Assembly: GCA_020027635.1 (NCBI GenBank)
Contig: JAHKKL010000001.1
Coordinates: 1 to 36,528 of the forward strand
DNA: 36,528 bases
From: Gammaproteobacteria bacterium
GTDB lineage: Bacteria > Pseudomonadota > Gammaproteobacteria > UBA9214
Direction of reading: 5' to 3'
Shown: piece after piece, positions 1 through 5,981 of the stretch
How the letters are laid out: every line of letters starts with the position of its first letter
How positions within the stretch are numbered: the first letter of the stretch is position 1
The notes under the pieces: model-generated
The model's input: only the letters and a program-made list of their open reading frames with translations
What the model was told of the DNA's origin: nothing
Database searches by the model: none
Made by a program: the position numbers and the translations under genes

Positions 1-225
1 ATGTTCATCGGCAACAAGTACAGCGCCATGTGGTCATACAGTAACCTGATCGCGATAGAGTCTGCGCGGGTCGAGGATCAGGACGTGTCCGACATCAAGA
101 TCCTGCCAGAGGATCACCCCTGTACCGAGGCGCTCGGTGAGCTGGAGGAGAAATACCGGCGCGATATCGATGCGATCCTGGCGCTGGCGTGGGATGGTGA
201 TCTAGGCGCCGCGCCAGAAAATTGA
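1..225 (+). CDS. hypothetical protein; ORF may begin upstream of the window
   Basis: Open frame from base 1 to the stop at 223-225. No recognisable motif. It lies directly upstream of the endolysin on the same strand. Confidence 0.35.
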   Translation: MFIGNKYSAMWSYSNLIAIESARVEDQDVSDIKILPEDHPCTEALGELEEKYRRDIDAILALAWDGDLGAAPEN

Positions 226-273
226 CAGTTGTTGCGCTGGCAATCGCCTGCTACGTTGAATTCAGGGGGGGCT

Positions 274-783
274 ATGGGTGTTGACGAGATCCTGGATGAC
301 ATTCTGCGGCGCGAGGGCGGATACGTCGATGATCCGGCCGACGCCGGTGGCGCGACCAAGTACGGGATCACGCAGGCCACGTTGTCGGACTGGCGTGGCA
401 AGGCCGTGACCAAGGCCGAGGTGGCGGCACTGAGTTCGCTGGAAGCCCGCCAGATCTACACCCAACGCTATATCGCCCCGTTTGCGCCCGCCGGCCCCCT
501 TCACGGCGCCCTGCTGGGCCTGATCGTGGATTGTGCGGTCAATCACAGTGTCGGACGCGCCATCCAGTGGCTGCAGGGCGCTGCCGGCGCGGTCGCCGAC
601 GGCCAACTGGGCCCGAAATCGAAAGCCGCCATTCAGGCGGCGCCATGGCGCGCGCTGTATGTCCGCGTGCTCGCCACCCGGATCCGGTTCTATGGTCTGC
701 TGATCACGGGCAAGCCGAGCCAGGCCCGGTTCGCGGCCGGTTGGGCGAAACGGGCCGCCGAGTTCCTCGGGGTGTTGCAGTGA
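274..783 (+). CDS. GH108-type lysozyme (endolysin) with C-terminal peptidoglycan-binding-like domain
   Basis: The N-terminal REGGYVDDPADAGGATKYGIT matches the glycoside hydrolase family 108 signature (EGGY..DP.D.GG.T.YGIT). The C-terminal ADGQLGPKSKAAI resembles PG_binding_3. ATG 274 is preferred over TTG 229 because GH108 proteins start about 10 aa before the EGGY motif. Confidence 0.85.
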   Translation: MGVDEILDDILRREGGYVDDPADAGGATKYGITQATLSDWRGKAVTKAEVAALSSLEARQIYTQRYIAPFAPAGPLHGALLGLIVDCAVNHSVGRAIQWLQGAAGAVADGQLGPKSKAAIQAAPWRALYVRVLATRIRFYGLLITGKPSQARFAAGWAKRAAEFLGVLQ

Positions 784-865
784 ATGCGCGCGGTCCAATC
801 CCCGATCCGAACGGTCCCGATTGGGACCGCCTGCTGTTCCTTGCTGCTGCCTTGGGGAAACGAAA

Positions 866-1147
866 ATGAACGCCGACGATCATGAGCGCCGATATGTCCT
901 GCATTGCCTGTGGATCGGGCTGGGGCTTCTCCTCCTGCTCCTGTCCCATAATCTGTCGGCGGAGCCCGACGATCCCCTGGATGGCGCCGGATTGACCCTG
1001 CAAGAGGATATGCACACCCAGATCCTGACCCGCGCGCAGGCCGATGGTGAGACCATTCCGAGCGAGGATCTGCGGATGTGGTGCCGGCCGGCGGGTCGCG
1101 GGATGATCTGCGTCCCGGCCCCGGATGCGCTGGCGCAGAAAAAGTAA
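866..1147 (+). CDS. small membrane-anchored protein in lysis cassette (function unknown)
   Basis: 93-aa ORF with one strongly hydrophobic segment (LWIGLGLLLLLLS) after a charged N-terminus. It sits between the endolysin and the holin-like gene. The start at ATG 866 was chosen inside track ORF 821-1147. Confidence 0.5.
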   Translation: MNADDHERRYVLHCLWIGLGLLLLLLSHNLSAEPDDPLDGAGLTLQEDMHTQILTRAQADGETIPSEDLRMWCRPAGRGMICVPAPDALAQKK

Positions 1148-1194
1148 CCGGGGCTATACTCTGTGCGTGAATTCACAACCCTTAGGAGAACGCT

Positions 1195-1404
1195 ATGTTT
1201 CTCGATGGCATGAAGACGTACCTGGCGGGCGGTGGCCTGATGCTGACCGGCGCCGCCAAAGTGATTGAGGCGGCGCTGCCGCTACTCAGTGGCGGCGGTG
1301 TCGATGGGGCCGCGCTGAACGAGGGGTGGACCATGGTGATGGCCGGGCTCGCGATCTTTGGCGTCGGCCACAAGCTCGACAAGGCCAAGGGAGGTGGCAA
1401 GTGA
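1195..1404 (+). CDS. holin-like small membrane protein
   Basis: 69 aa with two hydrophobic Gly/Ala-rich segments and a Lys-rich C-terminus (KLDKAKGGGK). AGGAGA lies 7 nt upstream of the ATG. Located in the lysis cassette. Confidence 0.6.
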   Translation: MFLDGMKTYLAGGGLMLTGAAKVIEAALPLLSGGGVDGAALNEGWTMVMAGLAIFGVGHKLDKAKGGGK

Positions 1405-1865
1405 CGCCGCGCGCCGTTCGTTGGAGTGCGCTGGCCATGATCCTGGCCCTGATCACTGGCTGCGCCAGTCTGGGGTACGAGAAGGCGACTGATCCGTCCC
1501 ATGGCGTCGCCTATGCCCGAGCCGAGCTGACCACCAGCTATGAGGTCATTGCGCATCTGGTGGCCACCGGCGACATGAAACCGGCGAGTCGTGACACGGC
1601 GGTGGCCAAGGTCGATCAGGCATCGCGTCTGATCGATGCGGCGGAGATCGCCGCCGAGGCGACCACGCGGGCCAGCCCGCAGGATGTCGCCGCCGAGGTC
1701 ATGAAGTGGGTGCAGAACAGCTACTTTGCCTGGTCGCGCGCGAACGAAAACACCAAGTTCGTCAGCAACCTGATTGCGCTCGACCAAGGGGCGAAGCTGA
1801 ATGTCGATCAGGTGGCGATGGTCAAGATGCGGATGGAAGCCGCGCGCGCCGAGGCGCTGAGGTAG
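1401..1865 (+). CDS. predicted lipoprotein (lysis-cassette associated)
   Basis: The GTG start overlaps the holin stop (GTGA), with GGGAGG upstream. The signal peptide has an LITGC lipobox (RAVRWSALAMILALITG|C). The remainder is helical and Ala-rich. Confidence 0.6.
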   Translation: MTPRAVRWSALAMILALITGCASLGYEKATDPSHGVAYARAELTTSYEVIAHLVATGDMKPASRDTAVAKVDQASRLIDAAEIAAEATTRASPQDVAAEVMKWVQNSYFAWSRANENTKFVSNLIALDQGAKLNVDQVAMVKMRMEAARAEALR

Positions 1866-1866
1866 C

Positions 1867-2127
1867 GTGAGCATCGGGATGCTGGGGGCGCTGGGGATCG
1901 GCGCCCTCGCATTGGTGATGGTGCTCCTCGGACGGTTCGCCCTTACCCGCCAGCATAGGGCGGGTGAGCAGCAGGGCATGGCCGAGGCGTTGCAGGACGT
2001 GGCCGCCGCCGAGCAGGCCCGCATCCAGGCTGGCCTGAAGGGCGCTCAGGAGGCCGCCAGCGCGGCGACCGAGCTGACGGATGCGCAGGCCGTGGAGCTT
2101 GCCACGCGAGCCCCCAAGCGCAAATGA
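1867..2127 (+). CDS. i-spanin-like protein (N-terminal TM + coiled-coil periplasmic part)
   Basis: 86 aa with an N-terminal TM segment (IGMLGALGIGALALVMVLLG) followed by an Ala/Glu/Gln-rich helix. It lies immediately upstream of, and ATGA-coupled to, a small Cys-rich lipoprotein. Confidence 0.55.
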   Translation: MSIGMLGALGIGALALVMVLLGRFALTRQHRAGEQQGMAEALQDVAAAEQARIQAGLKGAQEAASAATELTDAQAVELATRAPKRK

Positions 2128-2384
2128 GACTGACTGTCTTCACCCTGGTGAGCATGTATCTGGCGATGGCCATCGTACTGTCCGGGTGCGCACCGCAGAT
2201 CGTGCGGGTGCCGGTGGACTCCCGCTGCCAGACGCAGGAGGCCGTCATCCTGACCGTGGACGAGGGGCTGGCAACGCCGCGCAGCGTGCTCGACAAGCTG
2301 AACACGAGCAATTGCGCACTGTGGAAGGCATGCCCGGACATGTACGAGTTGCCGGCATCGTGTGTGGGCAAGGGGGCGCAATGA
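2124..2384 (+). CDS. o-spanin-like outer-membrane lipoprotein
   Basis: 86 aa with lipobox VLSG|C and four further Cys in the mature part, as is typical of o-spanins. ATGA overlap with the upstream i-spanin-like gene (separated two-component architecture). Confidence 0.6.
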   Translation: MRLTVFTLVSMYLAMAIVLSGCAPQIVRVPVDSRCQTQEAVILTVDEGLATPRSVLDKLNTSNCALWKACPDMYELPASCVGKGAQ

Positions 2385-2512
2385 GCGGTCAACCCATCAA
2401 TATCAGCAGGTTGGTCAAGTGGGCGCTGATCGCCATACTCGCGGCGATGGCGGTCGGTGTCGGACTGTGGGCGCTGATCGCCAATTTCCTGCATCGGATA
2501 ATGGGCGGCTGA
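2381..2512 (+). CDS. 43-aa single-TM protein
   Basis: The ATG overlaps the o-spanin stop (ATGA). Hydrophobic core WALIAILAAMAVGVGLWALIANFL. Below the length cut-off of the track as a separate ORF; it lies inside track ORF 2081-2512. Confidence 0.4.
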   Translation: MSGQPINISRLVKWALIAILAAMAVGVGLWALIANFLHRIMGG

Positions 2513-2513
2513 T

Positions 2514-3422
2514 ATGGGCGATCACGGCGATTGGCCGAACCGTAATGGCCACAGTGGGCTCGGCTGGGGCGTGCTCTGTCTCGCCGTGTTCCTGGTCGTG
2601 CTACTGGCGTTGCTGGCCGGGTGCAGCAGCAAGCCTCCGGTCGTGGAGGCACCGCCCTCGCTGCCACCGGTGACACCCCCCACGACCGAGCCATCCCCGC
2701 CCGTGAACGAGTGCCGGGCGACGGCCAATTCGTACCGGCTGATGACCACGCTGGGGATGTTCGAGCGCCTGCCGCGGATCGTGGGCGGCACGGACGCCAC
2801 GACCGAGCAGTACCCATGGATGGTGGCGATCACGACCCCGTTCGGCTTCCAGTTCTGCGGGGGCTCGCTGATTGACCCGGCGCACGTACTGACCGCGGCG
2901 CACTGCAAGGTGAGCCCCGGCGACAATGTGATCATCGGGCGGACCCGGCTGAGCAACAGCGCTCAGGGCGTGCGGGTGGCGGTGGGAAAAGCCGTGACCC
3001 ATGCCGACTACAACCCGACCTATAACCTGTATGACGCATCGCTGGTGACGCTGGATCAGCCGGTGCCCTACCAGCCGGTGCAGATTGGGGCGGCGCAGAC
3101 AGGTAACGTCACCGCCATCGGATGGGGACTCCTCCACCAGGGTGATACTGCGACCAGTGACACCCTGCAGCAGGTCACGATCCCGATTGTGCCAGCGGCC
3201 GAGTGTGCCGAGGCCTATCGCTACATTTGGGACGATGTGCAGATGTGCGCCGGGACAGCGGGTCACGATAGCTGTCAGGGCGACTCCGGCGGGCCGCTCA
3301 TCTACCAGGGCAAACAAGTCGGGATCACCTCATTCGGGGCCGGCTGCGCACAGCCTGGTTACCCTGGCGTCTACCAGCGCACCGCGCCGCTCATGGACTG
3401 GATCGAGGCATGCACTCGCTGA
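2514..3422 (+). CDS. lipoprotein-anchored trypsin-like serine protease (S1 family) zymogen
   Basis: Lipobox LLAG|C. Activation-type site PR|IVGG. Catalytic His in LTAAHC, Asp in YDASLVTL, Ser in CQGDSGGPL. The Asp189 equivalent (HDSCQGDSGGP) predicts Arg/Lys specificity. SFGAGCAQPGYPGVY matches the S1 C-terminal motif, and the canonical Cys pairs are present. Confidence 0.9.
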   Translation: MGDHGDWPNRNGHSGLGWGVLCLAVFLVVLLALLAGCSSKPPVVEAPPSLPPVTPPTTEPSPPVNECRATANSYRLMTTLGMFERLPRIVGGTDATTEQYPWMVAITTPFGFQFCGGSLIDPAHVLTAAHCKVSPGDNVIIGRTRLSNSAQGVRVAVGKAVTHADYNPTYNLYDASLVTLDQPVPYQPVQIGAAQTGNVTAIGWGLLHQGDTATSDTLQQVTIPIVPAAECAEAYRYIWDDVQMCAGTAGHDSCQGDSGGPLIYQGKQVGITSFGAGCAQPGYPGVYQRTAPLMDWIEACTR

Positions 3423-3877
3423 CGCCCGAGGATCTGGCCGAGCTGGCGGCCGAGCTGAAACGCCAGCTCTCCGAGGATGCGACCAGCGAGACTCAGACAT
3501 TCCACCGGAAACTGCGCAACTACATCGGCGGTGGCGTACTGCTGGCGATCGCCGGTGGCAATGGGAGCAACGTGGCCGAGTGGGTGGGGCTGGTCAATGG
3601 CCGAGGGAACGAGCACGAGATCACGCAGGGACTGGAGGAGACGAGCAAGGCGCTGGACTCGATCACGGCGAGTCTCGGGACCATCAAGGAGACCCAAGCC
3701 GACGCCAAGTATCAGATCGCCGATCTCGTGCGTCGGTTGGAGTCGCTGGAGCGCACCAGGGAGTATCAGCGACTGGGCCGGACCGGCGGGAGTCCGCCGG
3801 GTGCGAGCATGAGTGCGCCGCTCATCGAGGAGCGGGCGACCGCCTTGGGGCCATCCGTGGCCCGTCCTGATTCATGA
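3410..3877 (+). CDS. hypothetical protein with short hydrophobic segment and coiled-coil C-terminal half
   Basis: 155-aa ORF overlapping the protease stop by 13 nt, with ordinary protein-like composition. LEETSKALDSITASLGTIKETQADAKYQIADLVRRLESLE is heptad-like. No enzymatic motif. Confidence 0.55.
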   Translation: MHSLTPEDLAELAAELKRQLSEDATSETQTFHRKLRNYIGGGVLLAIAGGNGSNVAEWVGLVNGRGNEHEITQGLEETSKALDSITASLGTIKETQADAKYQIADLVRRLESLERTREYQRLGRTGGSPPGASMSAPLIEERATALGPSVARPDS

Positions 3878-4060
3878 GGTGCAGAGGAGCCGCATCAGCC
3901 TGATGATCGGCTCCGGCACTGGCCTGGCCGTCTCCGAGCCGCGCCGGGCCCGGTAGGACCGGATGGTGGTCTCGGCCACGCCGAGCGCCGCCGCTGCTTG
4001 CGCCCACGTCCATCCCGCCTCGTCCATGAGGCGGAGGAATTCGGGGTGGTGATCAGTCAT
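3872..4060 (-). CDS. small HTH DNA-binding protein (Cro/XRE/Aca-like)
   Basis: 62 aa. WTWAQAAAALGVAETTIRSYR is a classic helix-turn-helix. The start at ATG 4060 overlaps the stop of the upstream 63-aa gene by 8 nt. Confidence 0.7.
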   Translation of the reverse strand: MTDHHPEFLRLMDEAGWTWAQAAAALGVAETTIRSYRARRGSETARPVPEPIIRLMRLLCTS

Positions 4061-4244
4061 CGGCACGGTACTGCTCGATGACGAACCCATCCGGGTGCCA
4101 GACCTCTGTCTGGACGGGGGCGCCGCCCGCCGGGCGGCCGTAGCGGGCCCGCAGGATCGACATCAGTTCCTGCACCTGCGAGTCGTCCTCGCTGTCATAC
4201 AACTCGACCTCGGCCTGGTTGAGAGTGTAGGTATGCATCGTCAT
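4053..4244 (-). CDS. small acidic hypothetical protein (63 aa)
   Basis: AGGAG lies 9 nt upstream of ATG 4244. Acidic stretch ELYDSEDDSQVQE. Translationally coupled to the downstream HTH gene. Confidence 0.6.
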   Translation of the reverse strand: MTMHTYTLNQAEVELYDSEDDSQVQELMSILRARYGRPAGGAPVQTEVWHPDGFVIEQYRADD

Positions 4245-4292
4245 CGTCTTTCTCCTCGTTCAGCCAGTCGCCAATCGACTGACTATGGATAC

Positions 4293-4320
4293 AGTGTAGC
4301 ATACCATACAGCGTATGCAA
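4293..4320 (-). promoter_or_regulatory. sigma70-like promoter candidate with embedded inverted repeat (operator candidate)
   Basis: The minus strand reads TTGCAT-N16-TACACT (-35 at 4315-4320, -10 at 4293-4298). The inverted repeat GCATAC-N8-GTATGC (4299-4318) fills the spacer. Direct repeat ATACAG at 4289-4294 and 4306-4311. Confidence 0.35.
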
Positions 4321-4330
4321 ATAGGACAAA

Positions 4331-4531
4331 CTAGTATTTTCCATCCCGCCGCATCAAACGGGACTGTGCCTTGGCCATGCCCTCGACATGGGCGGCGCTG
4401 GCGATCAGGTCCACAATCGACTCGATCTCCAGGATCTGATCCGGTTCCAGGGCCTGCCCGCTCCTGCGAGCGAGCAACTGCAGGTAATACACCAGCAGCT
4501 GCTTGGCCGCGTTGCGTTGGCTACTCATCAT
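4331..4531 (-). CDS. hypothetical protein (66 aa)
   Basis: This is the C-terminal part of track ORF 4331-4696. The start is moved to ATG 4531 because the upstream part of that frame is Ser/Pro/Trp/Cys-rich and overlaps the better-looking ORF 4521-4718. The remainder is helical (AAKQLLVYYLQLLARRSGQALEPDQILEIESIVDLIASAAH). Confidence 0.5.
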   Translation of the reverse strand: MMSSQRNAAKQLLVYYLQLLARRSGQALEPDQILEIESIVDLIASAAHVEGMAKAQSRLMRRDGKY

Positions 4532-4718
4532 CTGGGCTGATCCCGCAGTCGGCCTGCTCGACGAAGAACACCACCCCGCCATCCCACCAGAGGGTGCGCT
4601 CCACGTCGCGCCCATCTCGCTGCAGGCCGGGGCGGGAGCGGATCTCGTACCAGGTATGCGGGGGCACCACCAGGTCATTGGCAAATACAGCTGCATGCTG
4701 TCGGTAGACCGAGGTCAT
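4521..4718 (-). CDS. hypothetical protein (65 aa)
   Basis: Protein-like composition. Its ATG overlaps the stop of the upstream 54-aa ORF (ATGA). Confidence 0.5.
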   Translation of the reverse strand: MTSVYRQHAAVFANDLVVPPHTWYEIRSRPGLQRDGRDVERTLWWDGGVVFFVEQADCGISPDDE

Positions 4719-4879
4719 GGCGTGGCCTCCTGCTCGGGCTCGCAGGCCGGCGCCATGGCCGCCTGCAGGGTCGTGGGCGCCTCCTGGCGCTGGCAGTGCA
4801 TGGGATGGGCGATGCCCGGATCGGTGGGCGTCCCAGCGCCGATCAGGGCTGCGGCGAAGATCTGAATGAATGTCTGCAT
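4715..4879 (-). CDS. hypothetical protein (54 aa; not in ORF track because <60 aa)
   Basis: Hand translation gives MQTFIQIFAAALIGAGTPTDPGIAHPMHCQRQEAPTTLQAAMAPACEPEQEATP. GGAG lies 7 nt upstream of ATG 4879. The stop overlaps the next ATG (ATGA). The hydrophobic N-terminus looks signal-like. Confidence 0.4.
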   Translation of the reverse strand: MQTFIQIFAAALIGAGTPTDPGIAHPMHCQRQEAPTTLQAAMAPACEPEQEATP

Positions 4880-4909
4880 GGTTGACTCCTACATGATCGC
4901 ACCCTCTAT

Positions 4910-5164
4910 CTAATATAGGTTTGTGCGCTGCAACGGCAGCGCCCCTGGCTCGACCGGCTCACTATCCAGAGACTGGCAATACCGGTACGCCGGCCCGCCG
5001 CGATACACGCGCGAGTCGATGTTTTTGAAAAAGTCACGAGCGGCCAGCCCGGACCGAGATATTGCCGTGTACATGTACATCCAGTCCTGCGGCCGCTCCA
5101 GGGTGCCAGCGGCAATGGCGCGCTCGAACGCGTGGGTGGAATCGACAAAGGTCAGTGTGCTCAT
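4910..5164 (-). CDS. hypothetical protein (84 aa)
   Basis: GGGAG lies 6 nt upstream of ATG 5164. Globular-looking composition. First gene of the minus-strand small-gene block. Confidence 0.6.
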   Translation of the reverse strand: MSTLTFVDSTHAFERAIAAGTLERPQDWMYMYTAISRSGLAARDFFKNIDSRVYRGGPAYRYCQSLDSEPVEPGALPLQRTNLY

Positions 5165-5185
5165 GGTGTGCTCCCATCGAAATGT

Positions 5186-5213
5186 ACTGTAGTCGATGCA
5201 GACACCGTGCCAA
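5186..5213 (-). promoter_or_regulatory. sigma70-like promoter candidate for the minus-strand small-gene block
   Basis: The minus strand reads TTGGCA-N16-TACAGT (-35 at 5208-5213, -10 at 5186-5191), about 20 nt upstream of ATG 5164. Same architecture as the 4293-4320 candidate. Confidence 0.35.
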
Positions 5214-5265
5214 CGCCAGGGCTATCAGAAACACAACACGATTCAGTAAGTGAGTACTAACAATC

Positions 5266-5293
5266 CTGACAAATCTCGGCACATCGCTGACAA
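5266..5293. repeat. direct repeat CTGACAA x2, 21 bp apart
   Basis: CTGACAA at 5266-5272 and 5287-5293, in an AT-richer part of the intergenic region. A nearby palindrome GTGAC-N7-GTCAC lies at 5308-5324. Confidence 0.6.
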
Positions 5294-5569
5294 TCAACGG
5301 CAGGAAAGTGACAGAGAGCGTCACATCACACAAGGAATGGAATAAGTGAGGTAAGGTATATGAAAAAACGGTATAGAGTATCGGACAAGCTAGTTTGCAA
5401 CTATACATAACCCCCTGAAACATAACGAACGAACCGACAGAAGGTACTTGACGAATTCTGCGATGGAGTGCGATAGAGGGGGTAGGGGGAGTGAATAGAT
5501 GTGTCCCTGCTGTACCCAGGTCCAGTACCCCATCCAGCCATGCTCCCGAGTCACACCCTGTCCGTACTG

Positions 5570-5598
5570 GACCGAGAGTGACCGAGCGATGGACCGAG
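5570..5598. repeat. iteron-like GACCGAG x3
   Basis: GACCGAG starts at 5570, 5580 and 5592, a spacing of 10 and 12 bp (about one helical turn). Confidence 0.7.
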
Positions 5599-5644
5599 TG
5601 GGGTTGGGAGTGGGCTGGGGAGTGGGCTGGGGAGTGTACGGGGA
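5597..5644 (+). repeat. tandem 12-nt G-rich repeat (AGTGGGSTGGGG), about 4 units
   Basis: Units at 5597-5608 (AGTGGGGTTGGG), 5609-5620 and 5621-5632 (both AGTGGGCTGGGG, identical), and 5633 onward (degenerate). Eight G-runs of 3 or more lie between 5600 and 5649. Confidence 0.85.
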
Positions 5645-5776
5645 TGGGGTTGTCAGCCTCCTCCCCCATCCTGCACTGCAGCAATCCAGTCCAATCCCAT
5701 GGTCCCCTGGTCTTGATCAGGTCTGATCCTGAGTCAGGTACGGTTCCCACTCCAGAGTCAGAGACGAGCCTAAGTC

Positions 5777-5808
5777 ATTGATTGGATTGGGATTGGGACT
5801 GGACCTGG
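5777..5808 (+). repeat. short tandem (G)ATTGG/GACTGG/ACCTGG repeat
   Basis: The sequence reads ATTG ATTGG ATTGG GATTGG GACTGG ACCTGG. It is followed by further G-tracts (GGGATGGGTGGGTTGG at 5823-5838). Confidence 0.7.
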
Positions 5809-5981
5809 TGAGCGAGTGCAGCGGGATGGGTGGGTTGGTTTCCATGGGTCGAGGGTGAGCTGGATGGGGTCTACCATCAGCCCGATACCACCCAAAATTT
5901 CCGCAGTTGAGTCGAGTTCGAGGTACACACCGGTCATGGTCGGGCTTTTGGTGATAGCCATGCATGGGCTAGACTCGATGC

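Noticed and set aside
3085-3870. 261-aa plus-strand ORF overlapping the protease and the following gene in another frame
   Set aside because: It is an extremely Arg/Ser/Gly/Ala-rich alternative frame of two well-supported genes.
4331-4696. Long 121-aa form of the minus-strand ORF
   Set aside because: The N-terminal 55 residues (…WWCPRIPGTRSAPAPACSEMGATWSAPSGG…) look like out-of-frame translation of ORF 4521-4718. The shorter form from ATG 4531 was kept.
5491-5781. 96-aa plus-strand ORF containing WGWEWAGEWAGE
   Set aside because: The odd peptide repeat is simply the translation of the 12-nt G-rich tandem DNA repeat. There is no RBS and the composition is not protein-like. It is treated as non-coding.
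5597-5808. Possible CRISPR array suggested by short tandem repeats
   Set aside because: The repeats are 5-12 nt and directly abutting, with no unique spacers of about 30 nt. There are no cas genes. It is not a CRISPR.
5165-5981. tRNA genes or an attP core in the large intergenic region (also checked 15681-16065)
   Set aside because: No cloverleaf-compatible sequence or GTTCRANNC T-loop motif was found by eye. There is no integrase in the window. This should still be confirmed with tRNAscan-SE.
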